From: Gemmatimonadota bacterium
Lineage (GTDB): Bacteria; Gemmatimonadota; Gemmatimonadetes; Gemmatimonadales; GWC2-71-9
Length of the DNA stretch: 36,584 nucleotides
Reading direction: 5' to 3'
Assembly (NCBI GenBank): GCA_003221075.1
Contig: QHUF01000281.1
Coordinates: 1 to 36,584, forward strand
Part shown: one piece after another, positions 28,929 to 36,261 of the stretch
How positions within the stretch are numbered: position 1 is the stretch's first letter
Layout of the letters: each line of letters opens with the position of its first letter
The notes under the pieces: model-generated
What the model was told of the DNA's origin: nothing
The model's input: only the letters and a program-made list of their open reading frames with translations
The model's database searches: none
Position numbers and translations under genes: made by a program

Positions 28929-29816
28929 GTGCTCCCCGCTGAAGCCCACTGCACCTATCGCGCGCCAATCAACGTCGAGACTCGACGCCGCCTGACGTTG
29001 GCGCTGGTAATTACCGCCATCGTCATGCTGGTCGAGCTGATCGGCGGATGGCTCTCGGGTTCGCTGGCGCTGCTCGCAGACGCTGCGCACATGCTCGCAG
29101 ACGTCGCCGCACTCGGCCTGGCGCTCGTCGCCGCGTGGATCGCGCAACGCCCGGCGACCCCCGAGCGGTCATTTGGGTTCATGCGCCTCGAGATTCTCGC
29201 GGCGCTCATCAACGGCGCGGTGTTGTTCGCCATCGCGGTCGGCATCGGCGTCGAGGCATGGCACCGGCTCCGTGTCCCGCAAATCGTGAATGGACCCTTG
29301 CTCCTCGCCGTCGCGGCGGTCGGCTTCGTCGCGAATCTCGCGGCCGTCATCGTCCTGCACCGCGGGCATGAACACTCGCTCAACCAGCGCGGCGCGTACC
29401 TGCACGTCCTGGGCGACTTGCTGGGGTCGGTGGGCGCGCTCATCGCCGGGCTCATCGTCATCACGTCAGGCTGGGTGTTGGCCGATCCCCTCATCTCTGT
29501 GCTGATCGGCGCGCTGGTCCTGATCAGTGCCTGGCGGTTGGTAAAGGAAAGCACCGATGTGCTGCTCGAAGCCGCGCCGCGGCACATCGCGCTCTCGGAT
29601 GTCCACGACCGTATTGCGTCGGTGCCGGGCGTCGAATCCGTGCATGACTTGCACCTCTGGACCGTGACGAGCGGCGTCGTCGCCATGAGCGGGCATCTCG
29701 TGGTCAAGAACCCGAGCGACAATCAGCCGGTGTTGGAGGCCGTGCAGGACCGGATGCGGGCACTCGGGATCGCCCATGTGACGGTGCAGGTGGAGAAGGA
29801 GCCCACGTGCGACTAG
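28929..29816 (+). CDS. Cation diffusion facilitator family metal exporter (CzcD/ZitB-like)
   Basis: The 295-aa ORF has six TM segments. The CDF signature metal sites are LLADAAHMLADV (TM2) and AYLHVLGDLLGSVGAL (TM5). A C-terminal cytoplasmic domain is present (VESVHDLHLWTVTSG). The start is GTG. Confidence 0.9.
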   Translation: MLPAEAHCTYRAPINVETRRRLTLALVITAIVMLVELIGGWLSGSLALLADAAHMLADVAALGLALVAAWIAQRPATPERSFGFMRLEILAALINGAVLFAIAVGIGVEAWHRLRVPQIVNGPLLLAVAAVGFVANLAAVIVLHRGHEHSLNQRGAYLHVLGDLLGSVGALIAGLIVITSGWVLADPLISVLIGALVLISAWRLVKESTDVLLEAAPRHIALSDVHDRIASVPGVESVHDLHLWTVTSGVVAMSGHLVVKNPSDNQPVLEAVQDRMRALGIAHVTVQVEKEPTCD

Positions 29817-29886
29817 GGCGGCAATAGGCGGCAATGGGCGGCAAAGGGGTTTGACTGTTGCCGCCTTGTGCCGCCCTATGCCGCCC
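29816..29886 (+). terminator. Long segmented hairpin built from 3 direct plus 3 inverted copies of a 10-nt GGCGGCAA-type unit; probable terminator of the CDF gene
   Basis: The sequence is GGCGGCAATA GGCGGCAATG GGCGGCAAAG ...13-nt loop... TTGCCGCC TTGTGCCGCC CTATGCCGCC. It folds into helices of 8, 7 and 7(+1) bp separated by 3x3 internal loops. It starts in the stop codon and is followed by CATTTAT. Confidence 0.45.
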
Positions 29887-29924
29887 ATTTATACTGCGCC
29901 CCTCATTAAGGGGACCGTAACTCA

Positions 29925-31775
29925 GTGAAGATTCGTAACATCGCCATCATCGCCCACGTCGATCACGGCAAGACGACGCTCGTGGATCAGATGCTCCGTC
30001 AGGCCGGTGTGTTCCGCGCCAATCAGCAGGTGGCGGAGCGCGTCATGGATTCGAATCCGCTCGAGCGTGAACGCGGAATTACGATCCTGGCCAAGAATAC
30101 TTCGGTTCGCTGGAGCGATACGAAAATCAATATTGTGGACACGCCGGGGCACGCCGATTTCGGCGGTGAAGTCGAGCGCATCCTGCGGATGGTGGATGGC
30201 TTCCTGCTCCTCGTCGATGCCGCCGAGGGACCGATGCCGCAGACGCGGTTCGTGGCGGGGAAGGCGTTGGCGCTCGGCCTGAAGCCGATCGTGCTGGTCA
30301 ACAAGATCGACCGCCCGGACGCGGAGCCGATGCGGGTGCACGACGAGGTGCTGGAGCTGCTGATGGACCTCGAGGCGACGCCGGAGCAGTTCAACTGTCC
30401 TTTCCTTTATACGTCGAGTCGACTGGGCACGGCGACACTGGAGCTCGACGAGCCGGGGACGACGTTGACGCCGCTGTTCGACACGATTCTGGGAACGATT
30501 CCGCCGCCGAAGGCAACCGAGGCCGGTCCGTTCCAGATGTTGATCTCGACGCTCGATTATTCGTCCTACCTGGGACGGATCGGGATCGGGCGCATCGAGC
30601 GGGGGCAGGTGCATGTCGGGGATACGGTTGCGTTACTGTCGATTGGCGAGCCAGGTCCTGTGGGTGACGGGTTGTTCGAACAGGCCAAGATCGTGAAGCT
30701 TTTTGCTTTTGAAGGTTTGGAGCGCGTCGAGCTTGAGACGGCGGCCGCCGGCGAGATCGTCGCCGTCGCGGGGCTGGCAGGGGTCGAAATTGGGAAGACG
30801 GTGACCGCACCAGATCACCTCGACCGGCTGGCCGGTATCGCGGTCGAAGAGCCGACGATCTCGGTGGACATGCTGGTCAACAATTCGCCGCTCGCGGGTC
30901 GTGAGGGGAAGTTCGTGACCGGCCGGCAGCTGCGAGAGCGGCTGTACCGCGAGCTGGAGCGGAACGTCGCGCTGCGGGTCGAGGACACGGACACGCCGTA
31001 CGCCTTCACGGTCTCAGGGCGCGGCGAGCTGCACCTCGGCATTCTGATGGAGACGATGCGTCGTGAAGGATACGAGTTTCAGGTGAGCCGGCCGCGGATC
31101 ATTCCGCGGGAAGGTCCCAATGGCGAGCGGCTCGAGCCCTATGAGGAGCTGATGATCGACTGTCCCGAAGGGTACGTCGGGGTGGTCATGGAGAAGCTGG
31201 GGCCGCGGCGCGCCACGATGCTGGACATGAAGAACCCCGGCCTGGGAATGGTGCGGATGCGGTTCAAGATCCCCGCCCGCGGGCTGCTGGGGTATCGTTC
31301 GGAGTTCCTGACGGATACGCGGGGGACGGGAATCATCCACCACCGCTTTTTCGAGTACGATTTGTGGGCCGGCCCGCTCTCGGGCCGGAACCGGGGTGTC
31401 ATGGTGGCGGACCGGGAGGGGGTAGTCGTGGCGTTCGCCCTCTTCAATCTTCAGGAGCGCGGTACGATGTTCGTACAGCCGGGGGATCCGGTCTATGAGG
31501 GGATGATCATCGCGGAGCACGTCCGGCCTGGCGATATGGACGTGAACGCGACGAAGGAAAAGAAGTTGACGAACATGCGCACGACGGCGGCGGACGAGAT
31601 GATTATCTTGGAGCCGCCACGCCAGATGACCTTGGAGCTGGCGTTGGAGTACATCGAAGACGACGAGCTGATCGAGGTGACACCGACCTCGTTGCGGCTG
31701 CGTAAGCGTCTACTCGGCGCGACGGAACGCCGCAAGCTGGCCCGCAGCGAGAAGCGGGCGTTGTCGGAGGAGTAG
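29925..31775 (+). CDS. typA: Translational GTPase TypA/BipA
   Basis: The 616-aa ORF shows IRNIAIIAHVDHGKTTLVD, DTPGHADFGGEVER, NKIDR and the BipA-specific C-terminal region. The start is GTG. Confidence 0.96.
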   Translation: MKIRNIAIIAHVDHGKTTLVDQMLRQAGVFRANQQVAERVMDSNPLERERGITILAKNTSVRWSDTKINIVDTPGHADFGGEVERILRMVDGFLLLVDAAEGPMPQTRFVAGKALALGLKPIVLVNKIDRPDAEPMRVHDEVLELLMDLEATPEQFNCPFLYTSSRLGTATLELDEPGTTLTPLFDTILGTIPPPKATEAGPFQMLISTLDYSSYLGRIGIGRIERGQVHVGDTVALLSIGEPGPVGDGLFEQAKIVKLFAFEGLERVELETAAAGEIVAVAGLAGVEIGKTVTAPDHLDRLAGIAVEEPTISVDMLVNNSPLAGREGKFVTGRQLRERLYRELERNVALRVEDTDTPYAFTVSGRGELHLGILMETMRREGYEFQVSRPRIIPREGPNGERLEPYEELMIDCPEGYVGVVMEKLGPRRATMLDMKNPGLGMVRMRFKIPARGLLGYRSEFLTDTRGTGIIHHRFFEYDLWAGPLSGRNRGVMVADREGVVVAFALFNLQERGTMFVQPGDPVYEGMIIAEHVRPGDMDVNATKEKKLTNMRTTAADEMIILEPPRQMTLELALEYIEDDELIEVTPTSLRLRKRLLGATERRKLARSEKRALSEE

Positions 31776-31835
31776 GAGCAGGGAACGGGTTCCGGAGTTC
31801 GGTCGTTCGACGTAAACCTCACCCGGAGGTGGGCA

Positions 31836-32081
31836 ATGCTGGCCCGCGAGACGTCGGCGAACTGGTCGCTCAAGCGCAGGAGCGACGACGTCGACGAGGA
31901 GTTCGGAGAATTCGAAGAGGACAAGGAACTCGACGAAGACTTCGATGATGATCTGGATGAAGACGAGCTCGACGATGAGGATCTCGACGAAGACGATTAC
32001 GACGACCTCGACGATGAGTTCGACGAGGGGGAAGAGGACGACTTCCGGCCCAAGAAGGGACCGAAGAGGGAATGGGAATAG
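31836..32081 (+). CDS. Hypothetical hyper-acidic small protein (81 aa)
   Basis: The ATG is preceded by GGAGGTG with 4-nt spacing. By my count, 42 of 81 residues are Asp/Glu. The core pattern is DEDF DDDL DEDEL DDEDL DEDDY DDL DDEF, and the C-terminus is short and basic (RPKKGPKREWE). Repeat-rich hairpins follow the stop. No family is recognised. Confidence 0.55.
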   Translation: MLARETSANWSLKRRSDDVDEEFGEFEEDKELDEDFDDDLDEDELDDEDLDEDDYDDLDDEFDEGEEDDFRPKKGPKREWE

Positions 32082-32084
32082 GCT

Positions 32085-32160
32085 AGAGGCCGAGAGGCAC
32101 AGAGGCCGAGCGGCTGAGGCAAACTCAGCCTCTCAGCCCCTTGGCCTCTCAGCCGCTGAG
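32085..32160. repeat. Cluster of short direct and inverted repeats between the acidic ORF and the tRNA
   Basis: AGAGGCCGAG occurs twice (32085, 32101). The hexamer GCTGAG/CTCAGC occurs five times (32113, 32124, 32132, 32148, 32155). GGCTGAG-gcaaa-CTCAGCC forms a hairpin at 32112..32130. CTCAGCcGCTGAG is a palindrome at 32148..32160. Confidence 0.6.
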
Positions 32161-32162
32161 TG

Positions 32163-32236
<74 letters not shown>

Positions 32237-32249
32237 TGGACAGAGACAG

Positions 32250-32283
32250 AAGCCCCGTAACCAGTTGCGCGGTTACGGGGCTT
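32250..32283. terminator. Strong hairpin between the convergent tRNA-Ile and epimerase genes (candidate bidirectional terminator)
   Basis: AAGCCCCGTAACC-agttgcgc-GGTTACGGGGCTT forms a perfect 13-bp stem with an 8-nt loop. It is followed by TTGTG on the plus strand. Confidence 0.6.
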
Positions 32284-32298
32284 TGTGATGCTCAAGGG

Positions 32299-33160
32299 CT
32301 AGACCGCGATGCGTAAGCGTGCGGGCGCGGACGCGGGCGTCTGCAAACGCTTGCGGAAATGTTCGATCGTGCGGCTGAGGCCTTCGTCGAGATTCATTTT
32401 TGGCATGTAGCCGAAGTGCTCGCGCGCTTTGGCGATCGAGGCGAGCGAGTGGCGCACGTCGCCCGCGCGTGGGGCGTCGTGTTGCGGCTCCAGGTCGATG
32501 CCCACGATGTCCGCGATGCGTCGCCACAGGTCGCAAATGCTGGTTGCCGCGCCGCACCCGATGTTGAAGACTTCGCCGGCGACCTGCTCCCTGGGCGCGT
32601 GGCACGCGAGCAGATTCGCGTCCACGACATTCGTGACGAATGTGAAGTCGCGCGTCTGCCCGCCGTCTCCAAAGATGCCCATGGGTTCGGAAGAAGGCCT
32701 GGCAGTACGCCTCGCCCGCAAGTTTGGCCGCCGCGTAGGTGGAGAGCGGGCGCGGCAGGAGCAGCTCGTGAGTGGGCAGCTCAGCAGCGTCCCCGTATGC
32801 CGCGGTGGATCCGGCGTACACAACGCGACGCACTTTGGCTTCCTGGGCTGCCACGAGGATGTTGAGCGTGGCGGTCACGTTGGCATGATGGGCGCCGAGC
32901 GGGTTTCGCGTGGCCTTGGGCACGGATGTCACGGCGGCTTGATGGAAGACACATCCGACGCCCTGCATCGCCCGGCGACAGACCTCGAGCCGCACGGCGT
33001 CGCCCCGAATGAATCGGATCCGATCGCGCACGGCACGCAGATGCTCGCGCTGGCCGGTCGACAGGTCGTCGAGCACGGTGACCTCCGCGCCAGTGCGCAC
33101 AAGGCGCTCGACGATATGGGAGCCGATGAATCCGGCGCCGCCGGTAACGAGGTATCGCAC
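32299..33160 (-). pseudogene. NAD-dependent sugar epimerase/dehydratase (extended SDR) with an internal deletion plus frameshift
   Basis: The N-terminal frame from GTG 33160 reads VRYLVTGGAGFIGSHIV...VFHQAA...STYAAAKLAGEAYCQAFFRTHG. A different frame then continues as GIFGDGGQTRDFTFVTNVVDANLLA...FNIGCG...GDVRHSLASIAKA up to the stop at 32299. The roughly 40 residues normally lying between these blocks (the LRYFNV[FY]GPRQ... region) are absent. The junction is at about 32675..32685. Confidence 0.75.
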
Positions 33161-33248
33161 GCCACCCGCTGAGGCACGAACCGGGCCACCGGAGCCGGTG
33201 TATATCTTGCCGCTGGCGAGGCACCGCGGGCGCGACCGGCGCGTCAGC

Positions 33249-33264
33249 GTTGCAGCGCTGCAAC
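33249..33264. promoter_or_regulatory. Perfect 16-bp palindrome in the divergent epimerase/phosphatase intergenic region (candidate operator)
   Basis: GTTGCAGCGCTGCAAC is exactly self-complementary. It lies 53 nt upstream of the phosphatase ATG and 89 nt upstream of the epimerase GTG. Confidence 0.25.
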
Positions 33265-33316
33265 CACACCGTGTCGACATAGCGCTGCCCGTCTTCGTTT
33301 CCCAGGGAGTAGCGAC

Positions 33317-33763
33317 TTGATGACTGACCTTCTCATGCGTGTACGCCGCACCCCCGAACGCCTGCTCCACCCGTTTCGACGGCGGAAGGCCCTCGAAGCG
33401 CTGCGCGGGCGGGCGCGGCCGAGAACTCTTCTGGTCGTCTGTTACGGCAACATCTGCCGCAGCCCCATGGCTGCCGCACTGCTTGACCGAGATCTCCGGC
33501 CGCTCGGCATCGAGGTGCAGTCGGCCGGCTTCATAGGCTTTAACCGGCCTCCGCCGACCGAGGCGGTAGACGCGGCCAAGCGCCACGCAGTGAACCTGTC
33601 CGACCACCGGTCGCGGCCCGTGACGGCCGATGGCGTCCGCACCGCCGATCTCATCGTGGTGATGGACGCGAGTCAGCGCCGTCAGATCTGTGAACGCTTC
33701 GGGCGACCGCCGAGCGATGTCATGGTCTTGGGCGACTTCGACCTTGACCGCCGCGCCGGCTAA
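33317..33763 (+). CDS. Low-molecular-weight protein-tyrosine phosphatase / ArsC-like family, C-terminally truncated (possible pseudogene)
   Basis: The P-loop LLVVCYGNICRSPMAAALL matches CxGNxCRS. The ORF continues SAGF...ADLIVVMD...VMVLGDFD and then stops (LDRRAG*) just where the DPY general-acid loop and the last helix are expected. An unusually long ~37-aa basic N-terminal extension precedes the P-loop. Confidence 0.65.
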   Translation: MMTDLLMRVRRTPERLLHPFRRRKALEALRGRARPRTLLVVCYGNICRSPMAAALLDRDLRPLGIEVQSAGFIGFNRPPPTEAVDAAKRHAVNLSDHRSRPVTADGVRTADLIVVMDASQRRQICERFGRPPSDVMVLGDFDLDRRAG

Positions 33764-33919
33764 TCCTGACGCGCTGGCGCGGCATCCTTTTGTTGCAGCA
33801 AGGCCATAAGCCGTTGAGGGGGCGCCTCAGCGATGCCCCTCCGTCCGAATGTGCGAAGCCCCCCCTTCTGCTGGGGTCTTGGTCCGAACCTTGCCGACCA
33901 AGCGCCGCAGGAGGATTCC

Positions 33920-35107
33920 ATGCGCACTCAGACCACGATCACGAACCTTTCAGTCTTTTTGGCAACCGCCTTGCTGGCGACGGCGTGCAGCGAGTCCGCT
34001 GGACCCGCGGGCAGCGAGCCTGTTGGATCCCCGAACAAGCCGTTCCAGTGGACACCCTCGTTTGCCACCGTTGCCAACGGCTCTTCTGGGATCGCTCTCG
34101 ATCAGCAGAACGGCACGCTGGGCGAGATCGGCACGCTGATCATCAAGGGATTTAACCCGACGAACCCGCACCGCGGCGACGCGATCGTCGCGACCTTCTT
34201 CTGGGTCGGTTCGACCAACATCATCGACTCGGTCGTCGATGTCTTGACGACCGCTCCGACGTATACGCCCGTCGGCAATCGGTACACGCTGGTCGACTAC
34301 GTGACGTCCGGCGGCTACTCGATGGCTACGTATGTCGCGACGAACGTGCAGGGTTTCCCTGATCCCAACACCGATCCTTTCCAGGGCGACATTCTTGCCG
34401 TGGGCGCGTACTTGTCACAGCCCGTCACTGAAGGCGGAGTAGCCATTTCCGCCTGGACCGGCGTGAACACGGTGGCGGGGCAGTCGCTGGGCGCACACCG
34501 CACCGCGTCGGGTTTGGGCTCGGGCATCACGCCCGCGGGTCCCGGCTCGATTTCGATTGGCGCGGGTGCGCTGGCGTATGCAATGACAATGTCGAACGCT
34601 CTGGCAGGCCGCGATCCGCCGCCTGGGTTTACGACCTTGGGCGTCGGGTCCGACGCGATGATGGTGATCGAGAACGACTTTGCGCTGCAGGCCGCGATCG
34701 GCACCGTCAATCCGCAGTGGACCTGGTACTTCGCCGACAGTCCGCCGAGCACCTGGCTCGCCACGGTGCTCGCGCTCAACCCGCCGCTGCACCTCGCGTT
34801 CACCGTCCAGCCGAGTACCACGCTACCGCTGCTGGCTATTCAGCCAGCGGTGCAGGTCACGGCACTGGACGCAGGAGGCAACCGGGTCACCAGCTTCAAC
34901 GGATCGGTGACTATCGCCATCGGCCACAACGGGGGCACGGTCCTCCCCGGCACGCTGTCCGGCACAAAGACGGTGACGGCCGTCAACGGCGTGGCGACGT
35001 TCTCGGATCTGAGCATCGACCAGCTGGGGAACGGCTACACACTGGTGGTCAGCGCCTCGAACGTGTTCGGCGCGGAGAGTGCTCCCTTCAACATCGGAGC
35101 GTTCTAA
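33920..35107 (+). CDS. Lipoprotein paralog A: unassigned ~280-aa beta-rich N-domain plus a C-terminal Ig-like domain
   Basis: The ATG at 33920 is preceded by GGAGGA with 5-nt spacing. The signal MRTQTTITNLSVFLATALLATAC is followed by SESAGP. The C-terminal ~100 aa read LAFTVQPSTTLPLLAIQPAVQVTALDAGGNRVTSFNGSVTIAI...VTAVNGVATFSDLSIDQLGNGYTLVVSA, the pattern of bacterial Ig-like repeats. The ORF-track start at 33833 is rejected. Confidence 0.75.
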   Translation: MRTQTTITNLSVFLATALLATACSESAGPAGSEPVGSPNKPFQWTPSFATVANGSSGIALDQQNGTLGEIGTLIIKGFNPTNPHRGDAIVATFFWVGSTNIIDSVVDVLTTAPTYTPVGNRYTLVDYVTSGGYSMATYVATNVQGFPDPNTDPFQGDILAVGAYLSQPVTEGGVAISAWTGVNTVAGQSLGAHRTASGLGSGITPAGPGSISIGAGALAYAMTMSNALAGRDPPPGFTTLGVGSDAMMVIENDFALQAAIGTVNPQWTWYFADSPPSTWLATVLALNPPLHLAFTVQPSTTLPLLAIQPAVQVTALDAGGNRVTSFNGSVTIAIGHNGGTVLPGTLSGTKTVTAVNGVATFSDLSIDQLGNGYTLVVSASNVFGAESAPFNIGAF

Positions 35108-35108
35108 A

Positions 35109-36245
35109 ATGCACAAGCGAGCTGGACTTGCGGCAGCCGCGTTCCTTGTCGCGGCGTGTAGTGAGTCCACCGGCCCTCAGCGCGTCGGTCTCCGACCTCC
35201 TGCGTTTGCCGCGGGTGAGGGGACGGGCGTTGTCCTCGACCAGTTTGCCGGCGTGATGGGCGAGACCGGTATCGAGATCGGTCAGGGGTTCAACCCGACG
35301 AACCCCCACCGCGGCGACGCGATCGTCGCAACATTCTTCTGGCGCGGGTCGACGAATACGATCACGAAGGTGTTCGACCACCTGTCCGACGGCGACAACG
35401 GCGCTGCGACGGTGGTCGGGAATACCTACACGCTCGTCGAGTACGTCACGGCCGGTGGTTACTCGATGGCCACGTATGTCGCGACGAACGTGCAGAACTT
35501 TCCCGACCCGAACCCCGACGATGCCACGGTTCTCAATGTGGATGCGGTCTTCTCGTCCCCAGTTACCGACGCCGGGTGTCTGCTGTCCGCGTGGTCCGGC
35601 GTCAACGCCGTCGCGGCGCAAGCCGTGGGTGCGCACCGCTCCGCGTGGGGGTCCGGCTCGGGCACGCTGGCTGCAGGTCCGGGCTCGATCGCGACCGGCC
35701 CCGGTGCACTCGCCTATGCTGTGACGTTGGGGGACGGGTTGGTCGGCCGCGATCCCCCAGCAGGTTTTACGCGCTTCGCCGACGGGGCCGACACGTTGAT
35801 CGTCACTGAGGGCGACTACGCCCTTCAGGGCGCGACCGGCTCGGTCGATCCGCAGTGGACCTGGTATTTCGCCGAGAGTCCGCCACGCACCTGGCTCGCC
35901 ACGCTGCTCGCGCTGAACCCGCCGCTGCACCTCGCGTTCACCGTTCAGCCGAGTACGACGCTACCGCTGCTGACTATTCAGCCCGCGGTCCAGGTCACGG
36001 TACTGGATGCAGCAGGCAACCCGATAACCAGCTTCAACGGCTCGGTGACCATCGCCATCGGCCACAACGGCGGCCTCCTCCTCCCCGGCAAATTGTCCGG
36101 CACAACGACGGTGACGGCCGTCAACGGAGTGGCGACGTTCTCGGATCTGAGCATCGATCAGCTCGGGAATGGCTACACGCTCGTGGTTAGCGCTGCAGGG
36201 GTGACTGGGGCGGAGAGCAGGACCTTCAACATCGGAGCGTTCTGA
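35109..36245 (+). CDS. Lipoprotein paralog B of the same family
   Basis: The ATG lies 1 nt after the paralog A stop. The signal MHKRAGLAAAAFLVAAC carries a VAAC lipobox and is followed by SESTGP. It shares blocks with A: GFNPTNPHRGDAIVATFFW, GGYSMATYVATNVQ.FPDPN, GALAYA, GRDPP.GF, PQWTWYFA.SPP.TWLAT.LALNPPLHLAFTVQPSTTLPLL and the Ig-like C-terminus ending FNIGAF. Confidence 0.75.
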   Translation: MHKRAGLAAAAFLVAACSESTGPQRVGLRPPAFAAGEGTGVVLDQFAGVMGETGIEIGQGFNPTNPHRGDAIVATFFWRGSTNTITKVFDHLSDGDNGAATVVGNTYTLVEYVTAGGYSMATYVATNVQNFPDPNPDDATVLNVDAVFSSPVTDAGCLLSAWSGVNAVAAQAVGAHRSAWGSGSGTLAAGPGSIATGPGALAYAVTLGDGLVGRDPPAGFTRFADGADTLIVTEGDYALQGATGSVDPQWTWYFAESPPRTWLATLLALNPPLHLAFTVQPSTTLPLLTIQPAVQVTVLDAAGNPITSFNGSVTIAIGHNGGLLLPGKLSGTTTVTAVNGVATFSDLSIDQLGNGYTLVVSAAGVTGAESRTFNIGAF

Positions 36246-36261
36246 CCACGGAGGCAGGAGC

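Noticed and set aside
29851-29895. TTGACT (29851) and TATACT (29890) upstream of typA, considered as a sigma-70 promoter.
   Set aside because: The spacer is 33 nt, far from the ~17 nt required. The hexamers sit inside or next to the segmented hairpin.
33833-33919. An upstream extension of paralog A (MPLRPNVRSPPFCWG...).
   Set aside because: There is no RBS, and the sequence is not shared with paralogs B or C. The ATG at 33920 has GGAGGA upstream and starts a proper signal peptide.
34172-34180. An RGD tripeptide in the conserved HRGDAIV block of paralogs A and B, considered as a possible cell-adhesion motif.
   Set aside because: Paralog C has HHGD at the same position. The motif lies in a hydrophobic strand-like context and is most likely coincidental.
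34313-34327. G-Y-S-M-A in paralogs A and B, which resembles a GxSxG/A nucleophile elbow of alpha/beta hydrolases.
   Set aside because: The surrounding sequence looks all-beta rather than alpha/beta. I could not identify a consistent Asp/His pair. It remains an untested idea, not a call.
35088-35930. ORFs of 280 aa and 168 aa (34315..34821) antisense to the lipoprotein paralogs.
   Set aside because: They are antisense artefacts. The sense frames are mutually conserved among three paralogs and have signal peptides and RBSs.
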